This document shows, in pieces, positions 52,347 to 62,541 of a stretch of 63,160 nt of DNA. Position numbers and translations under genes: made by a program. The notes below the pieces were generated by a model. It worked only from the letters and a program-made list of their open reading frames with translations, searched no databases and was not told where the DNA came from. Position 1 is the first letter of the stretch; every line of letters starts with the position of its first letter. The DNA is from Dehalococcoidia bacterium (GTDB taxonomy: Bacteria > Chloroflexota > Dehalococcoidia > Lucifugimonadales > UBA3495). Location of the stretch: assembly GCA_030740155.1 (NCBI GenBank), contig JASLXV010000095.1, forward strand, positions 1 through 63,160, given 5' to 3'.

Positions 52347-53504
52347 TTGAAGTACGTTAGCGGTGTGTCATATTTGCGCAACCACCTGAAGCCCCACCGG
52401 CGGAACGCCGGCCTCTCTCAACAGGCGTTGTCCAGCCGGGCCGGCATCAGCCGGCAGGCCTACGCCAGTCTGGAGTCGGGGAGGTCCAGCCCTTCCACCG
52501 AGGTAGCGCTGCGTTTGGCTCGATCCCTGGGGACCACAGTCGAAGAGCTGTTTTCCCTGGCTGAGGAGCGTCCCGGGGTAGTGCAGGCCGACCTGGTGGA
52601 AGCCGCGGACCCGGAGCAGCGCTCCCGTCTCACCCCCTGGCCCCGGCGGGCCCGTCTGGCGCGGGTGGGCAGCCGGCTGATGGCCCGGCCCCTGACCGGC
52701 CCGGCCGCGGCCCGTCACTCTCTGGTGGAAGCCGAAGGAGTGATCGTTTCCACCTCCCGAGGTGGAAAGCGGGTGAACGTCCAACCCTTCGACGAAGAGG
52801 AGGCGGAGGCGCCCGCCCTGGTGTTGCTGGGATGCGACCCCGCGGCGGTCCTGCTGGAGCCGGGTTTGCGCCGGTATGGCGTCAAGCTGGTGTGGGCCGA
52901 GGAGGGAAGCAGCCAGGCCCTGGCCGGCCTCGCCCGGGGGGAGGCCCATGTCGCGGGGTGCCACCTGAAAGATGAGGCCACCGGCCTCTACAACGTCCCC
53001 TGGGTGCGGCGGCTGGTTCCCTTCGCCTGCACCCTGGTGACATTTGCCGCATGGCGGCAGGGGTTGATAGTGGCGACAGGCAACCCCAAGGGTATCCAGG
53101 GCGTGGCAGACCTGTCAGCGCCGAACGTCACCATCGTCAACCGTGAAGCTGGGTCCGGTAGCCGGTCGCTGCTGGACCGGCTGCTCCAGCGGTTGGGTAT
53201 CCCTTCTGACACGCTGGCCGGGTATGACCGGGAAGCGGGAGGACATCTGGCGGTGGCCCGAGCCGTCTCCTCCGGGAACGCGGACGCCGGGATCGGCGTG
53301 CAGGCGGCTGCCGCTGCCCTGGGATTGGGCTTCGTCCCCATCGAGGAAGAACGCTACGACCTGGTAATCCCCAACCACCTGATCGACGAGCCCGGTGTGC
53401 AGGCCCTGCTGGACCTGCTCCGGCGGCCCGGGCTTCGCCGCCGGGTCGAGGCCCTCGGGGGATACGACGTGTCGGGCATGGGCCTCCCGGTGTCGGGAGC
53501 CTGA
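52347..53504 (+). CDS. XRE-type HTH + periplasmic-binding-protein-like (molybdate-binding) regulator (start may be GTG 52365)
   Basis: GLSQQAL...ISRQAYASLESG..PSTEVALRLA; GSSQAL, HVAGCHL, NREAGSGSR, EERYDLVIP. Confidence 0.85.
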   Translation: MKYVSGVSYLRNHLKPHRRNAGLSQQALSSRAGISRQAYASLESGRSSPSTEVALRLARSLGTTVEELFSLAEERPGVVQADLVEAADPEQRSRLTPWPRRARLARVGSRLMARPLTGPAAARHSLVEAEGVIVSTSRGGKRVNVQPFDEEEAEAPALVLLGCDPAAVLLEPGLRRYGVKLVWAEEGSSQALAGLARGEAHVAGCHLKDEATGLYNVPWVRRLVPFACTLVTFAAWRQGLIVATGNPKGIQGVADLSAPNVTIVNREAGSGSRSLLDRLLQRLGIPSDTLAGYDREAGGHLAVARAVSSGNADAGIGVQAAAAALGLGFVPIEEERYDLVIPNHLIDEPGVQALLDLLRRPGLRRRVEALGGYDVSGMGLPVSGA

Positions 53505-53957
53505 CCCGCCCCAGGGTTATCCACGTATCGCCCACAGACAGGCTCGCCACAGTCATCCCTTCTTGGAACGAATTGTAGTTTTGAATAGGCCCCGCTCCCA
53601 TTAACGGCATCCCTCGCCCTTCGGGAGAGGGACCGAGGGTGAGGGCCAGCCCAGAAACCTCGCTCACTAATGCCGGCATCAGCAAGAAAATCACCTGCAG
53701 GCGCTTTGACACCCCACGGAGTCTTGACTGGGCATCACTTCTGCGGTTTAATGGGTTTTCAGCCAGAGGGCGAAGGCCCGCGGCTGAGGAATCGGTGCAT
53801 CATTCGCCGGAGTTCCGTCATTTCCCGTTCCTGGCCTTGGGAATTTATCTGATGGCCGAGTTGAGGGGCTCGGGAGAGGACAATCCGCGAAGAGGTTTTC
53901 GGGAACAACCGTTTTGCGAAGGGCAGAAGCATTTCATTCGAGGGAGGTGAGCGAGCC

Positions 53958-54302
53958 ATGGCGCTGGTACGTTGCCTGACCGAAATCGGAATGGGGGTCG
54001 ATGTTCACGGCCGCAACTACACTTCCGCCGCCACGCGGGCGGTGGACGACGCTCTGCATCACGCCAGTCTGGGTTTCCAACGCCTGTTGGGTCCGGAGGG
54101 CGGCGAGATGCTTATTGACATAACCATCGGAGTGCCCAAGCCTGAGGCGGTGGACTGCGCCAAGGTGGCCGCGACCCTCCCCCACGGCAAAGGGACGGTC
54201 CGCGCGGTCCAAGGCGGGCTGGAAGTGCCCGATCAGGACGGTAATGACGCCATGGTTATTGTCAACGCCGCGGTGATCATCAGCCTTGATGACGGCCGCT
54301 GA
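53958..54302 (+). CDS. Lin0512 family protein
   Basis: EIGMGVDVHG..T.AA.RAV.DA, IGVPKP, LPHG, VNAAV. Confidence 0.8.
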   Translation: MALVRCLTEIGMGVDVHGRNYTSAATRAVDDALHHASLGFQRLLGPEGGEMLIDITIGVPKPEAVDCAKVAATLPHGKGTVRAVQGGLEVPDQDGNDAMVIVNAAVIISLDDGR

Positions 54303-54318
54303 CGAAGAGGTGATACCC

Positions 54319-54669
54319 ATGCCCATCATCGACAATAACGCTACACCGATGCCGGAGCCGGAAGACGGGCGCAGTTCCCGGCGGTTTGTCAACAAAGAGG
54401 CGGGGGCGGCCAACTTGACCATCGGCGAGCTGGTGATGCAGGACGGCTCCGCCTTGCGCTTGCATACCCATCCCACCGACGAGGCCATATTCTTGCTGGA
54501 GGGGCAGGTGGAGATGGTGGTGGGGGACGAGCACCGGGTGGTGGTGGCGGGGCATACCCTGCTGGCGCCGCCGGGCACGCCCCATCGGTTGATCAACAAT
54601 TCCGGCGCGCCGGCGAGGATGTACACCATATTCCCCACGGACAATCCGACAACCGAGTACGTGGACTGA
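54319..54669 (+). CDS. Cupin domain protein
   Basis: LHTHPTDEAI, PPGTPHRLIN. Confidence 0.88.
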   Translation: MPIIDNNATPMPEPEDGRSSRRFVNKEAGAANLTIGELVMQDGSALRLHTHPTDEAIFLLEGQVEMVVGDEHRVVVAGHTLLAPPGTPHRLINNSGAPARMYTIFPTDNPTTEYVD

Positions 54670-54727
54670 CGGAGACCCCCTCCACCGTTCGCGGTGAGCT
54701 TGTCGAACCACATCTTGGGATGCTTAC

Positions 54728-55237
54728 TTACTGCTTGCCGGCCTTCAACCGCGCCTCTTCGGCGTAGACCGGCAATAGGGACCGCCGGTCGGGGCCGGAG
54801 AGCGTAACCCGCACCAGCGCCCGGCCCTCGACGAAGATCAGGGTCAGCGTTTCATCTCCTCCGTGGTCCTCGATCAGAACCTCGGCGACGTCTTTGAAAT
54901 TGCCTTGCTCTATTGGATAAGTGCTCCGGGCAAGCTGACCCCTTTTGATTTCGGCCAGAACGGCCCGGGCCGTATCCTCGCTCTCGAACAACACCAAGCT
55001 CTGGCCGAGCACGAAGTCCGGTCCGGTAAGCTCCGACTGGGCCGACGGTTCGCCCTGCGTCGTTTCACTGACGAGGGCCTTGCTCTCCGTGACCGCCAGG
55101 CCGGAAAAATCACCGGCGTTCAGCAGCAGGTCCCGGACCTCGGGTTGCCCTCCCGAGCAGGCGGCCAGGAAGGCGATTATCGCCCCCAATGACCAGACCA
55201 TGAGGGTGGCTATTCGTCTGTACCTGGGGTGCCCCAA
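54728..55237 (-). CDS. Hypothetical lipoprotein
   Basis: Basic N-terminus, hydrophobic stretch, LAAC lipobox; overlaps the hydantoinase B stop. Confidence 0.65.
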   Translation of the reverse strand: MGHPRYRRIATLMVWSLGAIIAFLAACSGGQPEVRDLLLNAGDFSGLAVTESKALVSETTQGEPSAQSELTGPDFVLGQSLVLFESEDTARAVLAEIKRGQLARSTYPIEQGNFKDVAEVLIEDHGGDETLTLIFVEGRALVRVTLSGPDRRSLLPVYAEEARLKAGKQ

Positions 55238-56802
55238 CCGCCACCTCCCGAGGTGCGGATGCTCAGAATGTCTCCGGCCTCCACGTCCAGTATTTCCTTG
55301 CCGGCCAGTGTTACTTCTTCGTAGCCGCCCCGGAAGAGCACGTTCTCGCCCGTGTGGCCGTGGTGGCCGCCGTGGTAGCCCGGCGGCGGACGCTTCCGGC
55401 GCTCCGACAGAACGGTGACCCGAGCCGGGGCAAGGAACTCCACGTCCCGCACCAGGCCGTCGCCGCCCCGGTACTTTCCATCGCCGCCTGAGCCGCGTCG
55501 CAGGGCGTACCGCTTCAGGCGCAGGGGGAAGGCAAACTCCATCGCCTCGATGGGGGTGTTCATGGTGTTGGTCATGTGGGTGTGGATCCCCGAGATACCG
55601 TCCTTGGTGGGCCGGGCGCCCATCCCGCCCCCGATGGTCTCGTAGTAGACGTAGGGCCGTTCTCGAATTGGGTCGTGCCCCCCGATGATCATGTTGTTCA
55701 TGGTGCCCTGGCTGGCCGCCGGTATCAGTTCGGGGAGCGCCTGCGCCAGGGCGGCGAGCAGCACGTCGGTGATGCGCTGGGAGGTCTCGACGTTGCCTCC
55801 GGCCACTCCGCGCTGGGGCTCCGGGTTCACCAGCGAGCCCAGCGGCGTGATAATGTGCACTGGTCGGAGGCAGCCCTGGTTGGCCGGGGCATCGCCGCCG
55901 ACCAGGCAGCGGATCACGTAGAGACAGGCCGACACGGTGACCGCATGGGGGGCGTTGATGCAGCCGGGCCGCTGGGGTGACGTGCCGGTGAAGTCCACCG
56001 TGATCCGGTCGCCGTCCACCGTTATGGCCACGGCTATGGGAACGAGTTCCTCGGTGACGCCGTCGTCGTCCATGTAGTCCAACACCCGGTACACCCCGTC
56101 GGGGATGCGCTGGATGGCCTGGCGGGTCACCCGCTCCGAGTAATCGAGCAGCGCTTCCATGTGCTCCAGAGTCTCGCTGCTGCCATAGCGCTGGACCACC
56201 TCCTGGAGGCGGCGTTCCCCCACTCGGATGGAAGCCATCTGGGCTGCCAGGTCGCCTTTGCGTTCTTCCGGCGTGCGGGAGTTGCGGCAGATGAGCTGGA
56301 TGACCTCCCGGTTGAGCCTTCCGCCACGGGCCAGCTTGATCGGCGGAATTATGGTGCCCTCCTGGTACATCTCGGTGGACAGAGGCATCGAGCCGGGGGT
56401 CATGCCGCCCACGTCGGCGTGGTGGCCCCGGTTGGCGACAAAGCCGGCCAGGCGCTTGGCGCCATCCTCTTCAGCGTACACCGGGGCGACCAGGGTAATG
56501 TCCGGAAGGTGGGTGCCGCCCAGGTAGGGGTCATTGAGGATCACCATGTCCCCTTTGCGGAGGGTGTTGGGGAAGGCGGTCAGCGCCGCCTGTACCGAGG
56601 CGGGCATCGCGCCGAGGTGTACCGGCACATGGGCTGCCTGGGCCACCATCTGCCCCTGGGGATCGAAGATGGCGCAGGAGAAATCCCGCCGCTCCTTGAT
56701 GTTGGGCGAGTAGGCGGTGCGCAGCAGGGCCACGCCCATCTCCTCGGCCACCGAAATGAACATGTTCTTGAAGACTTCCAGGCTTATCGGGTCGACGGGC
56801 AT
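55210..56802 (-). CDS. Hydantoinase B/oxoprolinase family protein
   Basis: [46 protein letters not shown]. Confidence 0.93.
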   Translation of the reverse strand: MPVDPISLEVFKNMFISVAEEMGVALLRTAYSPNIKERRDFSCAIFDPQGQMVAQAAHVPVHLGAMPASVQAALTAFPNTLRKGDMVILNDPYLGGTHLPDITLVAPVYAEEDGAKRLAGFVANRGHHADVGGMTPGSMPLSTEMYQEGTIIPPIKLARGGRLNREVIQLICRNSRTPEERKGDLAAQMASIRVGERRLQEVVQRYGSSETLEHMEALLDYSERVTRQAIQRIPDGVYRVLDYMDDDGVTEELVPIAVAITVDGDRITVDFTGTSPQRPGCINAPHAVTVSACLYVIRCLVGGDAPANQGCLRPVHIITPLGSLVNPEPQRGVAGGNVETSQRITDVLLAALAQALPELIPAASQGTMNNMIIGGHDPIRERPYVYYETIGGGMGARPTKDGISGIHTHMTNTMNTPIEAMEFAFPLRLKRYALRRGSGGDGKYRGGDGLVRDVEFLAPARVTVLSERRKRPPPGYHGGHHGHTGENVLFRGGYEEVTLAGKEILDVEAGDILSIRTSGGGGWGTPGTDE

Positions 56803-56834
56803 CGGTCACCCCTTCTCGTTAGTCAATGCCGCGG

Positions 56835-57698
56835 TTACAACCCGGCCAGCAGGTCCGCCCCTTTGTCCCCTTCCTTGGGAACGGCCAGGGTGTAGTACTC
56901 GGTGCTCATGATCTCCCGCATCATTTCCTGGGGCAATTTGGCAAAAGGCCCGTTGGGGTCAATCTGGGTCCGGTGGCAGTTAAGCGAGGCGACCTTGGTC
57001 TCCACGTAGGCGCCGACGTCCACCACCGTGGTCACGTCTTCGTCCGGGGACCCGATGGTCTCGATGTCCAGGCTGGCGAAGGGCGGCGTGATGCCCGCGT
57101 TCAGCATCTGCTGCCACATCCGCCGGAAGTTGCTGCGGGGGAAGCAGACGTAGTAGAGCAGCCGCGGAGACCAGGCCTGCCGGGCGTGGGTCGAGTCTCC
57201 CTCGTGGCCAGGATCACCGGCCAGGGCGAAGGCCCGGGTTGCGTGGCGGTAGACCGCCGTGTGGTCCGGGTGACCGTAACCCCCCGTCGGGTCGTGGGTG
57301 AAGACCATCTCTGGGCGCGTTTCCCGGATGATCTCCGCCAGTTCGCCGGCCACCTTCTCCGGGTCGGCCTGGGACAGGGAGTCCGGGTGGGTGTTGTCGT
57401 CGGTGCCGGCCATGCCGGAGTCACGGTAGCCCAGGAAGCGCAGGTCTTGCACGCCGGTTACGGCCATGGCCCGGCGCAACTCCTCCCGGCGCACCTGGGC
57501 CAGGGTTTCCGGAGTAGCCAGGGAGGGGTCGCTGATCTCGCCCACGTCTCCGTTGGTGGTGCACACCAGGGTAACGTGGGCTCCTCGCTCCACCAGCATG
57601 GCGAGGGTGCCACCGCAGCCGAAGCCTTCGTCGTCGGGGTGGGCGAAGGCGGCCAGCACGGAGAGGCTGTGGAGGTCTTGAGCGGGTTCGTTCGACAC
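56835..57698 (-). CDS. PIG-L/MshB-like deacetylase
   Basis: AHPDDE, GYRDSGMAG, GGYGHPDH, HRTQ. Confidence 0.92.
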   Translation of the reverse strand: MSNEPAQDLHSLSVLAAFAHPDDEGFGCGGTLAMLVERGAHVTLVCTTNGDVGEISDPSLATPETLAQVRREELRRAMAVTGVQDLRFLGYRDSGMAGTDDNTHPDSLSQADPEKVAGELAEIIRETRPEMVFTHDPTGGYGHPDHTAVYRHATRAFALAGDPGHEGDSTHARQAWSPRLLYYVCFPRSNFRRMWQQMLNAGITPPFASLDIETIGSPDEDVTTVVDVGAYVETKVASLNCHRTQIDPNGPFAKLPQEMMREIMSTEYYTLAVPKEGDKGADLLAGL

Positions 57699-57792
57699 TA
57701 TCGCATCCTGCCGTTCAAGAATTCCTGCTCAGAGTTTGTCACCCGGCCGAACCGGGGATCACATGGGTCACGTTGGAGCAAGCTCTGTCCCC

Positions 57793-59799
57793 CTACTCCG
57801 GCTCCAGCACCAGGTTGCCGTAGGGGTCCACGGCGCCGCCCCAGCCGGGTGGCACCACGATGGTGCTGTCCATCTGCACCACCAGGGCCGGCCCCTGGAT
57901 TTGGTTTCCGCTCCGCAGCATTTCCCGTTGGTACAGGGGTGTGGCCAGAGAGCCGTCGCGGAACACCACCTCCGCTTCGCCCATCTTGGCGGCGGACGGA
58001 TCGGCCGCTCCGGGGGGCTCCGGGGTGGCCTGAGGCTTGTCGACGGCCAGCAGAAGCTTCAGCCGCAGGTTGACGATCTCCACGCGTTCGCCCCGGTCGG
58101 CGTAGCCGAATCTCTGAAGGTGGGCCCGGTAGAAGCTGTCGGTGACGGCGCGCTGCAGGTCGCGTCTACCGGATGGTGACGGGTAGTCGATGGTCAACTC
58201 GAAGGATTGGCCGACGTAGCGGGCGTCCAGGAAGCGGCGAGCTTCCATCCGGTCAATGGGCAGGCCTTCCTTCCGCAGCTCCTCGCGGGCCAGACGCTCC
58301 ATGCCGTGGAACTCCTCGTCCAGGCGGAGCCGGGTCACGTCGTCGCCCCGCAGCATCGCCGTTCGCGAGTAGTCCTTGACCACGTCGGCGATGGCCACCC
58401 CCAGGGCCGAGAGGATGCCGGGTCTGGGGGGCACCAGCACCCTCGGGATACCCAGCTCTTCGGCTAGCTCGCAGCTGTGCATCGGGCCGGCGCCGCCGAA
58501 GGGCACTAGTGTAAAGCGGCGGGGGTCGTAGCCCCGCTCCAGGGAGATGGCCCGGATGGCCCGCTCCATGTTGGCGTTGACCACGCGGTTGATACCCAGG
58601 GCCGTTTCCTGGATCGTTGCGCCTATCTGCGACGCCAGGCCGGACATCAGGCTTTCGGCCCGGGCCCGGTCCAGGGTCAAGCGCCCCCCGAGGAACTGGT
58701 CGGGCAACAGCCGCCCCAGGGTCAGGTTGGCGTCGGTGACCGTGATCTGGTCACCTTTGCCGTAGCAAGCCGGGCCGGGGTCCGCCCCCGCCGACTGGGG
58801 CCCCACCACCAGCGCGCCACCAGCATCCAACCGGGCGATGGAACCGCCGCCGGCCCCCACGGTGTGGATCTCGATCATGGGAACGCTGATGGGATACCCT
58901 CCAACGTTGGAGGCGGTGGTCTCTTTGATAGTCCCCGGGCAGAGGGAGACGTCGGTGGAGGTGCCGCCCATGTCCAGGGTGATGATGTCCGGGTAACCGG
59001 CCTGGACCCCCGCGTAGAAGGCGCCCACGACTCCGCCGGCGGGGCCGCTCAGGATGGTGCGCACCGGCTGCTCCGACGCCAACCGGGCGGTGATGCTGCC
59101 CCCCGAGGATTGCATGATCCGCAGTTCGTTACCGAGGGACTTTTCCAGTTCGCCGAGATAGTGTGCCATCAGCTTCCCAACGTAGCAGTTCACCACCACT
59201 GTGCCGGTGCGCTCGTATTCGCGGAACTCGGGGAGTACGCGGCTGGAAATGGAGATGAAGGGAGGCTCGGGTAGCTTCTGCAGAGCTTTGAGAACCATCT
59301 CTTAGTGGGCCGGGTTGAGGAATGAAAACAGGAAAGAGACGGCCACGGAATCGACCTGGGCTTCCTGTATCAATCGGACCACTGTTTCTATAGCCGCGGG
59401 GGACAGGTCCTCGATGATGGTCCCGGTATGGTCGACCCGCTCCGGCAGCCCGAAGCGCAGCTCCCAGGGCGCCAGGGCCGGAGCCCGGTCCATATTCAGG
59501 TTGTAAAGCTCGGTGCGGGCCTGGCGGCCGATTTCCAGCACGTCTTCGAAGCCCAGGGTGGTGACGAGGGCCGTGCGGCCGCCTTTGCCCTCCAGCAGAG
59601 CGTTGGTCGCGACGGTGGAGCCGTGGACGAAGTCGGCCTCACCCACCCTCACCCCGGTTTCGGCCACTCCCTGGAGGATGCCCCGGGTGGGGTCGTCGGG
59701 GGTCGAAGGGAGCTTGTGGACTCGGAGCCGGCCATCTTCGAGCACGGCGATGTCGGTGAAGGTTTCGCCGACGTCGATGCCCACTATGGTCCTGGTCAT
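57793..59799 (-). pseudogene. Hydantoinase A/oxoprolinase family gene with in-frame TAA at 59302-59304
   Basis: HGSTVATNA...FLNPAH-TAA-EMVL...EYER...SGPAGG, DMGGTSTD, SAGADPGP all in one frame. Confidence 0.85.
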
Positions 59800-60008
59800 C
59801 GAGCTAGACGCCTTGGTCTTCGAGATTCCGTGGCTTGGTTGACATAGCAGCTAATTACCCCAAGGCATCGATGGTGAACAATATCTCCCTGTATCCTTTC
59901 ACCGAAGGGAGACTGGGGAGTGTTCCTGACAGGGTATGCCCATGTAGGGCTCAGGAATTTGTGCATAGTTCAGTAAACAAAGCCGGACCCAATGGAGAGG
60001 TGAGCCGG

Positions 60009-60725
60009 CTACTGAGAGTCCTCCAGGCCGATCCTCAGCCGCTTGTTGATGCGCCCTTTGCTCTCGTGACGCACCACTTTGATGACGCCTACCTCGCGGG
60101 TGTTGGCAACGTGGGTGCCGCCGTCGGCCTGGGTGTCCAGCCCCTTTATCTCGATGGTCCGCACCTCTCGGATGCCGGGTGGGAGCAGGTTTATCTTGGT
60201 GCGGATCAGGTCCGGGACCTGTTCGGCTTCTTCCCGGGTCAAGTTGCCCACCAGCACGTCCCGGGCCGCCGCAACCTCGGCGTTGATCTTCTCCTCCACT
60301 TCCTGGGCGAACTCGGCGCTCATCTGCTCCAGTTCGAAGTCCATCCGGGCCTCGCCTGGGCGCATGTCTCCGCCGGTTACCTTGGCTCCGTAGTCGCGCC
60401 AGATCACGCCGCAAAGGATGTGCAGGGCGGTGTGGGTGCGCATCAGGTGATAGCGCCGCTCCCAATCGATCCGGCCAGTGATCGAGGCCCCAGCCGCCGG
60501 CGCCGGCCCTTCAATCCGGTGCACTATCTTACCTTCCGACCGGCCCACCTGGGTGACCGGATGTTCCTGATCCTCGGATATCAGGACGCCGGTATCGTAC
60601 GGCTGACCGCCGCCGCCGGCGTAGAAGGCGGTGCTGTCCAACACCACGCCACCTTCCACCACCTCGGTCACGGTGGCCTAGAACTCCTTCAAGTAGCTGT
60701 CGTCATGGAACAGAAGGTTGGTCAT
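60009..60725 (-). pseudogene. AlaX-family alanyl-tRNA editing protein with in-frame TAG at codon 16 (60678-60680)
   Basis: MTNLLFHDDSYLKEF-TAG-ATVTEV...FYAGGGGQPYDTG, HTALH, ADGGTHV. Confidence 0.8.
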
Positions 60726-61312
60726 CCGTTGCCTCTATCTCCCTGGTTTTCTCGCGGGCAGCCTCGCATCTTGTAGAAGGGTATGGCCGGAACCCGCCGA
60801 TTGCGCCGCCAATTGGGGTAACACCGGAGCTTCGTCCCAGCGGCCGAACCCTTCAAAAGCCCCTCGGACTTGCTGAGTCTCGGCTGGGGCCCCGAGTTTG
60901 CCGCGCCGGCCCGGTGGCCGAACGCGCCACGCGCTCCGGCTCAGGGGGCGTAGCGGTTGATGGTTGGATATTGACGCGACGGTCAGTCGTTTGACCGGAG
61001 TGCCGGAGTGATTGAAGACAGTCGCCCGCGAGGAAACCCGCCGTAGGCGAAGCTTCGATGACCGCCGGCCGATCTCTTCAGTGGCGCCGGATGGTATTAT
61101 AGCAGACTCAAAGTGTCTTCTATCGGCTGGCCGGAGACCGGCCCCGGCGAAGGTTGCCGGTTGCCCATATCCGCCTTGGTTCTCGCAATAATGCGTTGTT
61201 TTTGCCTTGCGGGAGTGACATAATACCGATGCTAGCAGGGTTCTTGCCTGGCCGGGCAGGGAACTACTGTTCCAGAGCGCCAAATATCAGCATTTCAGCA
61301 GGTGGTCCGAGA

Positions 61313-62461
61313 ATGAAGATTTCGTGCTTACAGGAAAACCTAAGCCGTGGGTTGGCCATAGTGGGCCGGGCGGTAGCCACCCGCGCCACCCTGCCGGTGA
61401 CCCAAAATGTGCTGCTCAGCGTCGATCAGTCGATGCTCAAACTTTCCGCCACCAACCTAGAGGTGGCCATCACCACTTGGACCGGCGCCATGATAGAGGA
61501 TGAAGGGTCGGTGACGGTTCCGGCCCGGCTGCTGACCGAGTTCGTGAGTTCGTTGCCCAACGACCGGATCGACCTTGAGTTGCAGCCCGGCACCAGCATT
61601 CTCCAGCTTTCCTGCGCCCGTTCGAAGGCTACCATTCATGGGACCGACGCCGCCGAGTTCCCGCCGATCCCCGCCGTGGACGAAGCCATCGCGGCGCGAG
61701 TGGACTCGCGGGCCTTGAAGTCGGCCATCTCCCGGGTCGCCTTCGCCGCGGCCACCGAGGAATCCAGGCCGGTCCTGACCGGGGTGGAGATGAAGCTAGA
61801 GGGCGACCGGTTTAGCCTCGCGGCGGCCGACGGGTTTCGCCTGGCCGTCCAGCACGGCAAGTTGCAGCAACCGGTGGAGGCAGAGATCAAGGTCATCGTT
61901 CCAGCCCGGACGCTGAACGAGCTGAACCGGCTGCTGGGAGACCAGGAAGAACCGGTGGAGATCATGATGACCCCCGCCAAAGGACAGGTGATGTTCCGCG
62001 TGCGGGGCGCCGAGACAGTTGAGGTGGTCTCGCAGCTGCTTCAGGGCGCCTTCCCCAACTACGAACAGCTGATTCCCAAGGGCTACCAGACCCGCGCCGT
62101 GCTGGATTTACCGGCGCTGCTGCGGGCGGCCCGAACGGCAGCCATCTTCGCCCGGGACGGCAGCAACATCATCCGGGTTCAGCTTGTGCCGGCCGATGGT
62201 GGAGAAGGTTCCGGGAAGCTCATCATCTCAGCGCGGTCCGAAGAGGTCGGCGACAACGAAGATGAGGTTGATGTCGAAGCCATTGAGGGCGATGAGGGCA
62301 AGATCGCCTTCAACAGCCGGTATCTGCTGGATGTGCTACAGGTGCTGGAACGCGGTAAAGTGGCGCTGGAGACAACCACCTCATCCAGCCCCGGCGTGTT
62401 CAAGCCCATCGACTCGGAAGATTACATCCACGTGGTCATGCCGATGTTTGTTCAGTGGTGA
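61313..62461 (+). CDS. dnaN: DNA polymerase III beta sliding clamp
   Basis: LSATNLE, SRPVLTGV, AADGFRL, FPNY, IAFNSRYLLD, VVMPM. Confidence 0.95.
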   Translation: MKISCLQENLSRGLAIVGRAVATRATLPVTQNVLLSVDQSMLKLSATNLEVAITTWTGAMIEDEGSVTVPARLLTEFVSSLPNDRIDLELQPGTSILQLSCARSKATIHGTDAAEFPPIPAVDEAIAARVDSRALKSAISRVAFAAATEESRPVLTGVEMKLEGDRFSLAAADGFRLAVQHGKLQQPVEAEIKVIVPARTLNELNRLLGDQEEPVEIMMTPAKGQVMFRVRGAETVEVVSQLLQGAFPNYEQLIPKGYQTRAVLDLPALLRAARTAAIFARDGSNIIRVQLVPADGGEGSGKLIISARSEEVGDNEDEVDVEAIEGDEGKIAFNSRYLLDVLQVLERGKVALETTTSSSPGVFKPIDSEDYIHVVMPMFVQW

Positions 62462-62541
62462 GTATAAACCGGGGGTTCCCATTCTCTTGGGAATTTACCA
62501 TTCCAGGCAGATTACGTCGAAATGGAGCAGAGTAGTCAGGC

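Noticed and set aside
53517..53525. DnaA box-like TTATCCACG / replication origin
   Set aside because: Single imperfect copy; no box cluster or dnaA near dnaN.
53660..53950. Moco/tungsten riboswitch near the molybdate locus
   Set aside because: No recognisable consensus by eye; it would need an Infernal scan.
12028..60680. Genome-wide stop-codon reassignment (TAG as Gln, or TGA as Trp/Gly)
   Set aside because: Many intact genes end properly at TAG (e.g. 602, 5091, 24870, 33320) and TGA (e.g. 2516, 43653), and prfA is intact. The internal stops are of three different types.
542..62409. Numerous long antisense or alternate-frame ORFs in the track (e.g. 2545-3681, 23446-24801, 35498-36817, 38677-39999, 56826-58073)
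   Set aside because: Shadow ORFs typical of high-GC coding DNA; they overlap well-supported genes and have no motifs.
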